From an uncultured Acidobacteriota bacterium (lineage in GTDB: Bacteria > Acidobacteriota > Vicinamibacteria > Vicinamibacterales > 2-12-FULL-66-21), in assembly GCA_963847975.1 (NCBI GenBank), contig CAWKBU010000018.1:386129-450128 (forward strand): a DNA stretch of 64,000 nucleotides, given 5' to 3'. The notes beneath the pieces were generated by a model, which was not told the DNA's origin, made no database searches, and worked only from the letters and a program-made list of their open reading frames with translations. Positions 8,672 through 18,517 of this stretch are shown here, piece by piece. Position 1 is the stretch's first letter, and every line of letters starts with the position of its first letter. The translations under genes and the position numbers were made by a program.

Positions 8672-9292
8672 ATGTTGTCCCCCAAACGACCCTCCGAAAG
8701 CGCCACGGAGATGGTGCAGGTCGTGCTGCCGAACGATGCCAACCCGCTCGGGTACATCCTCGGCGGCACGGTGATGCACCTCATCGACATCGCCGGCGCC
8801 ATTGCCTGCCATCGTCACACGCGGAGCCTGCTCGTGACGGCGGCGGTCGACGGCCTCCAGTTCCTGCATCCGATCAAGGTCGGCGACCTCATCATCCTCA
8901 AGGCGCTCGTCACCGCGGTCTGGAGCACCTCGCTCGAGGTCGAAGTGGAAGTGTTCTCGGAAGAGACGCTGACCGGCGTTCGCCGGATGACGAGCCGAGC
9001 CTTTCTCACCTTCGTGGCGACCGACCGGGATGGGCACCGCTTGCCGATTCCCGGATTGATCCTCGAGACGCCGGAAGAGAAGCAGCGCGCCACCGCTGCC
9101 GACGGCCGCCGCGCCGAACGGCTCAAAGCCAGGAAAGAACTCGAAGCGCGGCTCAGTAGTCACATCTGCCGCTCGTTCGCGCTGTGTGTTGTGAGAGAGC
9201 TTCTAGTTTCCGCAGTGTTTGTCGACGAAGGCCTTGAGCTTGCAGCGCAGCTCTTTGGGGAGGTCTTCGTCGCGAATGGAGTGGAGGAGTGA
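8672..9292 (+). CDS. acyl-CoA thioesterase (hotdog fold, YciA-like); 3' end uncertain
   Basis: From ATG 8672: MLSPKRPSESATEMVQVVLPNDANPLGYILGGTVMHLIDIAGAIA...FVATD. The last ~30 codons (90 nt, 9203-9292) overlap the convergent gene 9203-9445. A TAG at 9155-9157 in another frame would give a more typical length. Confidence 0.75.
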   Translation: MLSPKRPSESATEMVQVVLPNDANPLGYILGGTVMHLIDIAGAIACHRHTRSLLVTAAVDGLQFLHPIKVGDLIILKALVTAVWSTSLEVEVEVFSEETLTGVRRMTSRAFLTFVATDRDGHRLPIPGLILETPEEKQRATAADGRRAERLKARKELEARLSSHICRSFALCVVRELLVSAVFVDEGLELAAQLFGEVFVANGVEE

Positions 9293-9445
9293 CAGCGTCG
9301 ACTCGTAGGTCTTGAGCTGGGCGACGCACCGTGGGCACTCGGCCAGATGCTGTTCCAGGTCCTGGTGGATCGCTGTGGGAAGCTGGCGTTCGACGTAGTC
9401 GGCGAGCAGTCCCACGAGGTCGGAGCAGCGCTTCGGCGAAGTCAT
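9203..9445 (-). CDS. small zinc-finger (zf-HC2 / ZAS-type) anti-sigma factor-like protein, no adjacent sigma gene
   Basis: 80 aa with HLAECPRC (H-x3-C-x2-C) and C-terminal ...DKHCGN. Confidence 0.65.
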   Translation of the reverse strand: MTSPKRCSDLVGLLADYVERQLPTAIHQDLEQHLAECPRCVAQLKTYESTLSLLHSIRDEDLPKELRCKLKAFVDKHCGN

Positions 9446-9452
9446 GGCAGTT

Positions 9453-9520
9453 CTGAATGCTGAATGAGGCCTGCTGAAGTCATTGCAGAATTTACTTCAG
9501 CGTTTCCCATTCAGCATTCA
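9453..9520. repeat. nested palindromic element built from GCATTCA/TGAATGC units (copy D of the TTCA-type repeats)
   Basis: Perfect 14-bp arms ctgaatgctgaatg (9453-9466) / cattcagcattcag (9507-9520) enclose perfect 8-bp arms gctgaagt (9473-9480) / acttcagc (9494-9501). The element fills the spacer between two co-directional minus-strand genes. Confidence 0.85.
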
Positions 9521-9527
9521 GCATTTC

Positions 9528-12500
9528 TTAGAAGTCGTAGCCAATCCACACGCTGAACTTCACCTTGCGGAACCACTTGCTGCCGGCGCCTGGACCGACG
9601 TCGCCGTCGAGGGCGGCGGGGTAGGAGAAGACGACGTCCTCGTACTCCTTGTTGAAGAGCGTGCGCCACGACCAGTCGAAGTGGATGGGGAAGCCAAGCG
9701 CGAAGGTTTCGAGCCCGACGCCGTAGGACGCCCGGCTGTCGACGAGGCGGAAGCCCGAGACGGCCCGCGGTACGCCATACACCGGCACGAACTGGCTCGG
9801 CGAGTTTGGATCGAACGCGTAGTCGATGAGCGGCGTCTCGATGGTGGTCTTGTCGGTCCACACGGTGGTCGGCGCGCCTTCGTAGCCCGCGGTGCCGAAG
9901 TTGAAGAAGAAGACGCCGCGCAGGCCACCCACGACGCCGATGGGCGTCAGGGCCGCTTCGATGATCGGGAACCGGAGTTCCGCGTCGGTAAAGAACCCCT
10001 TATTGCCGAGGAACGACAGGTAGTCGTATCCGCGCATCTCGGAGTTACCGCCGAAGTAGAGGTAGCCCGGGTACTCGCCCCAGCTCTTGTAGCCGCGGGC
10101 ACGGAGCGCCAGCACGCCGTTGGTGCCGAGCCGCTGGTAGTAGCGGGCATCGCCGTCGAGGGTCTGGCGCGAGAGCAGGCTGCCCCAGCTCGGCGCGAAC
10201 TCGTACCCGAGCGACAGGGTGTGTCCGGCGAGCGGTCCGTACTCGCGGAAGATGGTCGTTTCCCGGACGAGGTTCACGCCGAAGGGCATGAACTGGCCGT
10301 CGACGAACAGCACGCGTCCGTACTGGTCCATCTGGTACTCGTCGGCGACGTCCTGGAGGGCCGGCTCGTTGTATTCCTGCCCGAACTGCAGGAACCCGGT
10401 GTTCATCTCGAGGCGTGTATACCGGTTGAGCGGATAGATGCCCGAGATCGTCGCCCCGCGCGCGGTCTGCGTCGCGATGGCCTGATCGCGATCGATGTAG
10501 CCGTAATCGATGCCGTAGAACGCATACGGATCGTAAGCGTAGAAGAACTGCTCCTGCGAGTACGCCTGTATCGCGTACTGCAGCCGGCGGGACAGGTTGA
10601 TGTACGAGAACGACAGCGTTCGGGTACTGCGACACCGAGGCCGCAAACACGTTGAACTGCTTGTCGCCGAGCACGTCGGTGAAGGTCACCTGCGTGCCGC
10701 CGAAGATGTCACCGCCGCTCGTGACGCCGAGCGCCACTGGCGGACGGCCCTCCAGGAAGAGCTTCTCGAAGGCGCCCTTCTTGCGCTTGTTGGCGGGCAC
10801 GATGTCGTGGGTCATCGGCGGCTGGAACGGAATCGGCGGTCCGAGCGCCGCGTCGCCGAAGTCGCTCGAGGCGACGGTGTGCAGCGGTTCCTCGCGCGCG
10901 AGCACGTGGATGCCGTATTCCCCTTTGTAGTAGGTCACGAACCCGATCCGCGCCGGCTTGGTGTCGCGGAGGACGACCGGCGACGTGTTGCCGGTGAGCG
11001 TATCGGTGTACTGCCGCAGCTCCTTCGTCTTCAGGTTCAGGGTCCAGATGTTGTAGATGTTGCCGTTCCGCGCGACTTCGGGCTCGACCGGCTGATTGGG
11101 ATCGATGGCCGTCGAGGGGAACACGAGCGTGTCGTCGTCGATGAACTGCGCCCCACCGTCGTCATGCGTGCCGAAGGTGAGCTGGGTTTTCTGTCCCGTC
11201 GCCACGTTGATCGTGAACAGCTTGTCGTTGCCGCTGGCGCGCGCCAGGTAGACGATCGACTTGCCGTCGGGGGACCAGGTCGGCGCGAAGTCGCCGAAGT
11301 TGTCCTTGGTGATGTTGCGGACTTCGCGGTTCTCGAGGTTGACGATGAAGATGTCGCCGGTAGCGCCCTCGAGGCCCGAGAAGGCGACTTGCTTGCCGTC
11401 CGGGCTGATGTCGGGCGACTCGGGCATGTCGACCGTCTTGATCTCCACGCGCTGGTCGACCCTGCCGGTGACCGCGTTCTGCATGATGAGCGTCTTCATC
11501 TTCTCGGTGCGGGCGAAGTAGGCAATCTGGTCACCCGCCGGCGACCACGACATCCAGGGGACGGCGTTGTTGCGGAAGCCGCCGGGGGTCGCGATGTACT
11601 CGTAGCCCCGGTCCTTGTTGAATCCGCTCGTCAGGTTCTGGATGACCTTGCTGTCTTTGGTCGACAGGATGATGATGTCGAGCTCCTGCTCCTTGCGGTT
11701 GCCGGCGGCGACCGCGAGCAAGTCTCCCGAGGGCGACGGCTCGATGGAGACGACGCTCACAAACGGTGTCTTGTCGCGCTTGGGCGCGAGGTTGCGGCCG
11801 TAGTCGGCGGGCCGTTCCTTGTCGCGGAACGGCTTGAACCGATCCTTCAAGTACTTGTCGAACTGCTCGTCGAATTCCTCGGCCTTGAGCCGGAAGGCTT
11901 CCTCGTATGCGCTCTCGCCGCCACCGATGACGTTCTTGCGCAGGGCGAAGAGGAACTGGCGCAGGCCTTCCTTGCCCCAGCGCGATTCGATGAACTCGAA
12001 GGCCGCGTGGCCAAGGTTGTACGGCAGGCGGCCGTCGACAAACGCCGCGCCCTGAAAATCGCTCATCGCCGGCACGGTGTCGGCGATGGCGGCGTCGCGC
12101 ACCGTCATCAAATCGAACGAGTTCCAATAGGCCGTCATGTAGTCGGCCAGACCCTCGTCGACCCAGAGGGGGAGGCCACGGCGCAGGAGCGATCGCGGGA
12201 TGATGTCGAACTCGAAGATGTGCGTCAGCTCGTGCGTGATCAGGCGATAGAGCGCATCGTCGACCTCGTCGATCGGGAGCACCATGCGATCGCGGTACGG
12301 CTCGGCGAAGGCCAGCACGCCTTCCGGCAGCTCGCTCGGCTCGACGTTCTGCTGCTGGAACTCGCTCTGCGTCTTGTAGAGCATGAGCGGGACCTTGAAG
12401 GCGAGGTCGTGCTTGAGGTCAGAACTGACCTGCTGGTATGCGCTTTCGGCGTAGCTGACGATCCGGCCGAGGTGCTGCTCGATCTCCGGGTAGTAGTAGA

Positions 12501-12684
12501 CCTCGAAGTGGTCCGTCGTGTAGATGTGCCACCTGAAGTTGTTGTACCGGATCTTGTTCTTGCCGTAGTACGGGATGTAGCCCGTCTGGGCGTACGCCTC
12601 GTGCGCAAATCCGGCGCTGAAGACCAGGGTCAGAAGAGCAGTCCCCACCAACGCGACGGGGCCGCGCGTCTTGCGCGTGCACAT
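9528..12684 (-). pseudogene. fusion protein: zinc-peptidase-like (HELTH) domain + TolB-like PD40 beta-propeller + Omp85/BamA-type C-terminal barrel; one apparent frameshift
   Basis: ORF 10045-12684 is coherent to ...FNVFAASVSQY, then turns into Arg/Pro-rich nonsense. ORF 9528-10646 continues as (R)TLSFSYINLS...FSVWIGYDF. The join is at tac-c-cga (ggg run 10622-10624), i.e. one extra nt in a homopolymer. Motifs: ITHELTHIFE; WSPAGDQIAY / ISPDGKQVAF / WSPDGKSIVY. Confidence 0.8.
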
Positions 12685-12971
12685 GATTCACCTCGGAAGT
12701 GGCAGCGGAGGCCGACTGCCGCCGATGTTACTGTAGCTAGGACGGTTGCCGCAACGGTTGGGTCCCCGGAGGCCGTCTGGATGGCGCGCGGCGTCCAACT
12801 GCCGCTCTTCGGGCGGCGTCGTGGCTGCCCGCGCCCCGAGCAAGCACGATGCCGCCGCCAAATGCGCCATTTCAGGGGGCAAACCGGACGTCGAAAGGGC
12901 ACTGTCCTCGGACGGGAACGGCTGGCGTCCGTCATTGAGTACAATCGGAGGAATAAACACGGACCTCGAAG

Positions 12972-13610
12972 GTGTTCTTACCTTGGGGCGTGTTTGAGCA
13001 ACACCCCATGGTCTTTGGCCGACGTTCGAAGCTCTCCGGCACCGGATCGCCAGGCGCCGGTAATGCGGGCGAGGACCGTGCGTTCTCGGATGAGGCGCTG
13101 TCGTACATCGACGCCTTGTATGGCACCGCGCTGCGGCTGACGCGCCGGCCGCAGGACGCGGAGGATCTGGTCCAGGACACTTACCTCAAGGCATTCCGGG
13201 CCTCGAAGCAGTTCCAGCGGGGCACGAACTTGAAGGCGTGGCTGTTCACGATCCTCCACAATACGTTTCGCAACATGCGCCGGCACGACGGGCGCAATCC
13301 GGTCGACGTCAACAGCGAGACCGTCGAACAAGCCGCCGATGTCGCCGGCGACGAGCGAACACCAGAGCAGTTGCTGACGCGCGCGACGCTCGACAGCGAT
13401 CTGCAGGCGGCGCTCGACGGGTTGCCGGATGCGTTCCGCCAGGCCGTCTGGCTGCGCGATGTCGAGGAGTTCTCGTACGCCGACATCGCGGCCATCGTGG
13501 ACGTGCCGATCGGGACCGTGATGTCGCGAATCTCGCGCGGTCGACGGATGCTCTACGAGCGGCTGGCGCCGATCCGCCGCGACGCGGCGGCGCGGGCGGC
13601 GTCGGGCTAG
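12972..13610 (+). CDS. ECF (sigma-70 family group IV) RNA polymerase sigma factor
   Basis: Region 2 DAEDLVQDTYLKAF...KAWLFTILHNTFRN and region 4 FSYADIAAIVDVPIGTVMSRISRGRRML. The start is 12972 or ATG 13008. Confidence 0.9.
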   Translation: MFLPWGVFEQHPMVFGRRSKLSGTGSPGAGNAGEDRAFSDEALSYIDALYGTALRLTRRPQDAEDLVQDTYLKAFRASKQFQRGTNLKAWLFTILHNTFRNMRRHDGRNPVDVNSETVEQAADVAGDERTPEQLLTRATLDSDLQAALDGLPDAFRQAVWLRDVEEFSYADIAAIVDVPIGTVMSRISRGRRMLYERLAPIRRDAAARAASG

Positions 13611-13651
13611 GCGAGCGAGAGGCGCGGGGAATTCTATGACCCACACGAATC

Positions 13652-14437
13652 ATGGCTGAGTGTCGCGATCTCGAATCGTTGTTTGCGGCCTATGTCGACG
13701 GCGAAGCCGCGCCGGGCGACTGCGCCGCCATCGACGCCCACTTCCGCAGCTGCGCCGTATGCCGCAATCGCGTGGCGCAGGAGCGCGTCGTGCGCGAGGC
13801 GGTCGCCGCCAGGCGAGAGACCCTTCGCGGGTGCGCGACCGGAGAGTTCCGGCGCCGATGTGAAGAACGGTGTCAGGCCCTGACGGAGCCCGCGCGTGGC
13901 GCCTCCGGGGGAGCGCGCGGGGTGTTCCAGCGGAAGACCTGGGTGCCCCTGTCGATGGTCGCGACGCTGGTGCTCGCGGTCGCCGGCGTATTCATCTACG
14001 GCCTGAGGGACGGCGTCGAAGCTCTTGGTGCGCAGCTCGCCGCCGACCACGTGAAGTGCTTCGAGTTTTCGAGCCCCCCCACCATCATTCCGGATGCGAA
14101 GGCGCTCGGCCGCAAATGGGCCGAGGATCGTGGCTGGGCGGTCAAGGTGCCCGACAGCGAGCCCCTCGAGCAGCTGGAGTTTCTCGAGCTGCGCCGCTGC
14201 ATCTCGACCAAGGGCACGACCGCTCACGTGATGTACAAATGGCGCGGCCAGCCGCTGTCCGTGTACGTGCTGAACACCGCGCACCCGCGCGTGGGCGGCT
14301 CACCGCAGCTCGTGGAGCGATTCGGCCAGGAGGAGCTCATCTGGACGAAAGGAGGCCGCACCTACGCCGTCGTGGCGCGCGGGCGGCCCACCGATCTCGA
14401 GCACGTGGTGCTCTACGTTCAGAGGACAGCGGAGTAG
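13652..14437 (+). CDS. membrane anti-sigma factor (zf-HC2 N-terminus, one TM, periplasmic domain)
   Basis: HFRSCAVCRNRV motif and TM WVPLSMVATLVLAVAGVFIYGL. Lies directly after the ECF sigma gene. Confidence 0.8.
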   Translation: MAECRDLESLFAAYVDGEAAPGDCAAIDAHFRSCAVCRNRVAQERVVREAVAARRETLRGCATGEFRRRCEERCQALTEPARGASGGARGVFQRKTWVPLSMVATLVLAVAGVFIYGLRDGVEALGAQLAADHVKCFEFSSPPTIIPDAKALGRKWAEDRGWAVKVPDSEPLEQLEFLELRRCISTKGTTAHVMYKWRGQPLSVYVLNTAHPRVGGSPQLVERFGQEELIWTKGGRTYAVVARGRPTDLEHVVLYVQRTAE

Positions 14438-14475
14438 GTTCACCGGGTTAAGCGAGGTTAAGAAGGTTCAGTCCT

Positions 14476-15039
14476 ATGATGACCACGCGATGGATGATTG
14501 CCGCCGCGAGCGCGCTTGGTGTCGGCATACTGACGGCGTCGGCGATGCTCGGACCGACGACGCACGTCGAAGTGCTCGGCTCGGACGGGGATCCCGACCG
14601 GGTGTCCGGAGCCTGTCAGTCGGACAAGCAGGCCAATCTCGACTTCACGGTCAAGGACATGAACGGCGCGAATGTCCGCCTCGCCGATCACAAGGGCAAG
14701 GTCATCCTCATCAATTTCTGGGCGACGTGGTGCCCGCCCTGCAAGATGGAGATTCCAGGCTTCATCGAGCTCTACGACCAATACAAGGACAAGGGGTTCG
14801 TCATCCTCGGCGTGTCGGGCGACGACGACGCTGAGACGCTGCGGACGTTTGCCAGCGAGTGGAAGATCAACTACCCGATGCTCGTGGGGCGCGACGAAGA
14901 GAAGCTGCTCGATGCGTACGGCCCACTCTACGGCTACCCGACATCGGTCATCGTCGGGCGGAGCGGGGCGGTCTGCGGCCGGCACGTCGGGCCCGCGACG
15001 AAAGAGGAGTTCGAGAAGGAGATCAAAGCGCTCCTGTAG
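14476..15039 (+). CDS. TlpA/ResA-like thiol:disulfide oxidoreductase (thioredoxin fold)
   Basis: 187 aa with signal/anchor and LINFWATWCPPCKMEIP (WCxxC). Confidence 0.9.
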   Translation: MMTTRWMIAAASALGVGILTASAMLGPTTHVEVLGSDGDPDRVSGACQSDKQANLDFTVKDMNGANVRLADHKGKVILINFWATWCPPCKMEIPGFIELYDQYKDKGFVILGVSGDDDAETLRTFASEWKINYPMLVGRDEEKLLDAYGPLYGYPTSVIVGRSGAVCGRHVGPATKEEFEKEIKALL

Positions 15040-15054
15040 TATGATCCTCTGACG

Positions 15055-15276
15055 ATGTTGAAAGGGTTCACGCACGCGCGCCTCGCCTGCGGCTGCCGCC
15101 TGAGCTTCAGGGATGGCGTCGAAGGCAGCCCCGTGACCGTCGTGATCGACCAGAAAGGCGCGACGTGCGCGCTCGCGCTGCACGTCCGCGACCTGCCCGT
15201 GTTCGACTATCGCGAGGCGCTGCGTCCCTCGACGCGTCTCGTGCCCCGCAACGAAGAAGAGTACGAAGAGTCCTAG
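15055..15276 (+). CDS. hypothetical small protein (last gene of the ECF-TlpA unit)
   Basis: 73-aa ORF 15 nt after tlpA-like stop, with high GC3 codon pattern. No recognised motif. Confidence 0.45.
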   Translation: MLKGFTHARLACGCRLSFRDGVEGSPVTVVIDQKGATCALALHVRDLPVFDYREALRPSTRLVPRNEEEYEES

Positions 15277-15306
15277 ACTTCGTTCTCGACCGAGCGCCCG
15301 AACGTC

Positions 15307-15480
15307 CTATTTCTTCCGCTCGTCCGGCTCCGGTTTGTCCCGCCCCGCGTCCTTCAGCGCCCGTCTCAGCATGAATTCGATCTGGCCGTTCAGGCTGCGC
15401 AAGTCGTCGTCTGCCCAGCGCTGAACGGCCTGGAGCACTTCGCGATCGATCCGAAGCAGAAAAGGCTTCCGGTCAGCCAC
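15307..15480 (-). CDS. Arc/MetJ-type ribbon-helix-helix DNA-binding protein (57 aa; below the ORF-track size cutoff)
   Basis: Own translation: GTG(15480)-ADRKPFLLRIDREVLQAVQRWADDDLRSLNGQIEFMLRRALKDAGRDKPEPDERKK-TAG(15307-15309). The beta-strand plus two helices and the RS.N.EI signature fit Arc-like RHH. It starts 5 nt after the SPFH stop. Confidence 0.7.
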   Translation of the reverse strand: MADRKPFLLRIDREVLQAVQRWADDDLRSLNGQIEFMLRRALKDAGRDKPEPDERKK

Positions 15481-15485
15481 GGGCG

Positions 15486-16355
15486 TTACTGATAGATCGT
15501 GCCCGTGTTGATGATCGGCTGGGTCGAACGCTCCCCGCAGAGCACCACCAGCAGGTTGCTGACCATGGCCGCCTTGCGCTCGTTGTCGAGCTCGAGGATC
15601 TCGCGCTGGGACAACATGCTGAGCGCCATCTCGACCATGCCGACCGCGCCTTCCACGATCCGCTGTCGCGCCGCGATGATCGCCCCGGCCTGCTGGCGCT
15701 GCAGCATCGCCTGCGCGATCTCGGGCGCATACGCCAGGTGGCTGATGCGCGCTTCGAGCACCTCGACGCCCGCCTTCGACAGCCGGTCCTGGATTTCCTT
15801 CTTCATGTGCTCCGCCACCGCCGCCGTGTTGCCGCGCAGCGACATCTGGTCTTCTTCGTGGGCGTCGTACTTGTAGCTCGTCGCCAGGTTGCGCACGGCG
15901 GCTTCGGTCTGCACCTTCACGAAGTTCTGGTAGTCGTCGACCTCGAAGACGGCCTCCGCGGTATCGACGACGCGCCAGACGACGACGGCCGCGATCTCGA
16001 TCGGGTTGCCTTCGTTGTCGTTGACCTTCAGCTTGGTGCTCTCGAAATTGCGCACGCGCAGGGAGATGCGCTTCTTGGAATAGAAGGGGTTGGCCCAGCG
16101 CAGCCCCGGCGTCTTGACGGTGCCGACGTAGTCGCCAAAGAGCTGCAGCACGCGGCCCTCGTTCGGATTGACGACGAACACGCCGAGCAGCACGAAGCCC
16201 GCAAGGAGGATGAGGATCGCCTCGGTGATCAGGATCCCGGGCGAGTCGCCGAACGCCTGCGTGACCAGGGCGTAAATCAGAAACCCGAGGGCGAGTAGCC
16301 CCAGGAGCATGACGAGCAGTCCCGGCAAGGTGGCGGCCGCGCGTTCGCGAATCAT
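15486..16355 (-). CDS. SPFH/Band-7 (stomatin/prohibitin-like) membrane protein
   Basis: 289 aa with N-terminal TMs, then ...[32 protein letters not shown]...[14 protein letters not shown].... GGAGG SD 8 nt before ATG. Confidence 0.85.
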   Translation of the reverse strand: MIRERAAATLPGLLVMLLGLLALGFLIYALVTQAFGDSPGILITEAILILLAGFVLLGVFVVNPNEGRVLQLFGDYVGTVKTPGLRWANPFYSKKRISLRVRNFESTKLKVNDNEGNPIEIAAVVVWRVVDTAEAVFEVDDYQNFVKVQTEAAVRNLATSYKYDAHEEDQMSLRGNTAAVAEHMKKEIQDRLSKAGVEVLEARISHLAYAPEIAQAMLQRQQAGAIIAARQRIVEGAVGMVEMALSMLSQREILELDNERKAAMVSNLLVVLCGERSTQPIINTGTIYQ

Positions 16356-16380
16356 GTCACTGACCTCCTGTAAGACGATG

Positions 16381-16415
16381 TCAAAGTGATATCACTTTGA
16401 AAGCACATCTGTCAA
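16381..16415 (-). promoter_or_regulatory. sigma70-type promoter with overlapping perfect 20-bp palindromic operator upstream of the SPFH-Arc operon
   Basis: The minus strand reads TTGACA(16415-16410)-N18-TATCAC. The palindrome tcaaagtgat|atcactttga (16381-16400) spans the -10 region. GGAGG and ATG follow. Confidence 0.6.
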
Positions 16416-16438
16416 TACGGTCGAGGCGGGCGTGGGGT

Positions 16439-17203
16439 TCAGCGGTCGAAGCCGACGCGCAGGTTGGCGACCAGGGGCAGATGGTCGGAGGCCATGAGCG
16501 CCCGGCGCGTACGCGGCAGCTCGACGCTCCGGACCTCGACGTGGCCCTCGTAATAGATGTGGTCGAGGTGCAGGACTGGAAAAAAGCCCGGGTAGGTGCG
16601 CCGCCGGCGCAGATGTTCCTGTATGTCGATGCTGTTGAAGAGCGCGCTCAGGGTCTTGGTCGCCAGCCCGCGCATCCACTCGTTGAAGTCGCCGAGGATG
16701 ATCTTCGGCCCGGTCACGCGATGGTCGTGGACGAACGCCGCGAGCCGGGGTGCCTGGTAGCGTCGCTCGAGCACGGCGGTGCCGAGGTGCACGTTGTACA
16801 TGTGGACCAGCCGGCCTTCGCCGAGGTCCAGATCGGCGCGCTGGCAGGCGCGCTCCTCGCACGTCCGCCACGACAGGTCGTACTGCGTGTGATGGAGCAC
16901 GGGGAACCGGCTCATGATGACGTTGCCGAAGAGGTGCTTGCGGAGATGACGCACGGGCGCCATCACCCACCCCATGCCGAGCGCGGCCCCGATCTCTTCG
17001 GCCTGTCCTGAGCCCGACGGTCCAGCCCCCACGACTTCCTGCAGCGCGATGATGTCGGCGTCGATTTCGCGCAGGACCTCGGCGATGCGCACCGGCGACA
17101 CGCGCCGGTCCATGCCGCGCGCGCGGTGGATGTTGTAGGTCGCGACGCGGAGGTCGACGTGGCGGCGGCCGCTGCCGCGCGCTTCGCCCGGTGCTGGGCT
17201 CAC
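16439..17203 (-). CDS. endonuclease/exonuclease/phosphatase (EEP) family protein (YbhP-like)
   Basis: 254 aa: LRVATYNIHRARGMD...DADIIALQEV...GDFNEW...SDHLPLVA. Confidence 0.85.
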   Translation of the reverse strand: MSPAPGEARGSGRRHVDLRVATYNIHRARGMDRRVSPVRIAEVLREIDADIIALQEVVGAGPSGSGQAEEIGAALGMGWVMAPVRHLRKHLFGNVIMSRFPVLHHTQYDLSWRTCEERACQRADLDLGEGRLVHMYNVHLGTAVLERRYQAPRLAAFVHDHRVTGPKIILGDFNEWMRGLATKTLSALFNSIDIQEHLRRRRTYPGFFPVLHLDHIYYEGHVEVRSVELPRTRRALMASDHLPLVANLRVGFDR

Positions 17204-18462
17204 TGCTGGCGCTCCAGGATCCAGATGAACGGCCCGAGGATCTTCTCCCAGACCGGCCGCGCCTGCCAGCGCGCGAGTGTGATCTCGTCGCTCTCCTCGA
17301 CGTCGCGACGATAGTCGGCCAGCAAGCGCGCCGCGACGGCGGCGTCGCGCATCGCGACGTTGACTTCGTCGTTATGCTCGAAGGATCGATTGTCCATGTT
17401 GGTCGTGCCGAGCACCGCCCAGATGCCGTCGACGATCAGTACCTTGGCGTGCATCATCGAGCCGCGGTATTCGTGAATGCGGATGCCGGCCGCGAGCAGG
17501 CGCCCCCACATGCGGCGGCTGGCATAGCGCACCCAACGCTGATCGGTCGCCGGCCCGGGAAGGACGATCGAGACCTGGACGCCGCGGGACGCGACCTCGA
17601 CGAGCGCGCGCCGCAGCGCGCGGTCGGGCAGGAAGTACGGCGTGGCGATGCGGACCTCTTGATCGGCGCCTTCGATCAGCATCTGAAAGACCACGCGCGA
17701 GGTCGTGGCACGGTCGGACGGTGAGCTCTTCACCACGAACGCCGTCGTCTCGCCGCTCTCGACGAGCGCGGGAAAATATCCCGGGCCGGTCAGGATCTCG
17801 CCGCAGCACTCCAACCAGTTCTCGGCGGCCACGCCCTGCAGCGCGGCGACGACCGGCCCCTCGATCCGCGCCATCGTATCGCGCCAGGGACGCTGGCGTT
17901 TGCGGCCGATCGCCCACCAGTCGGCAATCCCGGCCCCGCCCGCAAACGCCACGCGGCCATCGACGATGAGCAGCTCGCGGTGCGTACGGTTGTTGAGGCG
18001 GGCGAGGGAGTACCACCGGAGCTGCTGGTACGACTCGATCCGGCACCCGGCCTTGCGCAAGCGCCGCACCGGCCGGCCGCGCAGGCTCAGGCTTCCGATG
18101 GCGTCGACGACGATCGTGACGTTGACGCCCTGGCGGGCCCGATCCGACAGTGCCGCGACGAACTGGTCGGCGATCTTCCCCGGCTGGAAGATATACAGCT
18201 CCATGATGATCGAATGCGTCGCGTCGCGAATCGCGGCCAGCATCGCCGGATAGAACGCCGCGCCGTCGGTGAGGATCTCGACGCGGTTGCCGCGGTGCGG
18301 CGTCGCCTGGCAGGAGGATTGAATCGCGTAGAGGAAGCCGGCGTCGTGTACCGACGTCCGGTGGCTCAGGTGGTAATTGATTGCCGGTGTGAAGAGCACC
18401 ACCACCACGAGCCAGACGAGAAAGAGCGCGAAAGCGATGGACAGCCAGGCCATCAGCCCCAC
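17200..18462 (-). CDS. cls: cardiolipin synthase (phospholipase D family, two HKD motifs)
   Basis: 420 aa with N-terminal TM and HKD motifs HRELLIVDG and HAKVLIVDG...GTTNMDNRS. 4-nt overlap with the EEP gene, the same pairing as E. coli clsB-ybhP. Confidence 0.9.
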   Translation of the reverse strand: MGLMAWLSIAFALFLVWLVVVVLFTPAINYHLSHRTSVHDAGFLYAIQSSCQATPHRGNRVEILTDGAAFYPAMLAAIRDATHSIIMELYIFQPGKIADQFVAALSDRARQGVNVTIVVDAIGSLSLRGRPVRRLRKAGCRIESYQQLRWYSLARLNNRTHRELLIVDGRVAFAGGAGIADWWAIGRKRQRPWRDTMARIEGPVVAALQGVAAENWLECCGEILTGPGYFPALVESGETTAFVVKSSPSDRATTSRVVFQMLIEGADQEVRIATPYFLPDRALRRALVEVASRGVQVSIVLPGPATDQRWVRYASRRMWGRLLAAGIRIHEYRGSMMHAKVLIVDGIWAVLGTTNMDNRSFEHNDEVNVAMRDAAVAARLLADYRRDVEESDEITLARWQARPVWEKILGPFIWILERQQ

Positions 18463-18517
18463 AGATGCAAGGGTGTGTCCACTGCCCGGGCGTCACACAT
18501 GGGGATATCATAGTCGG

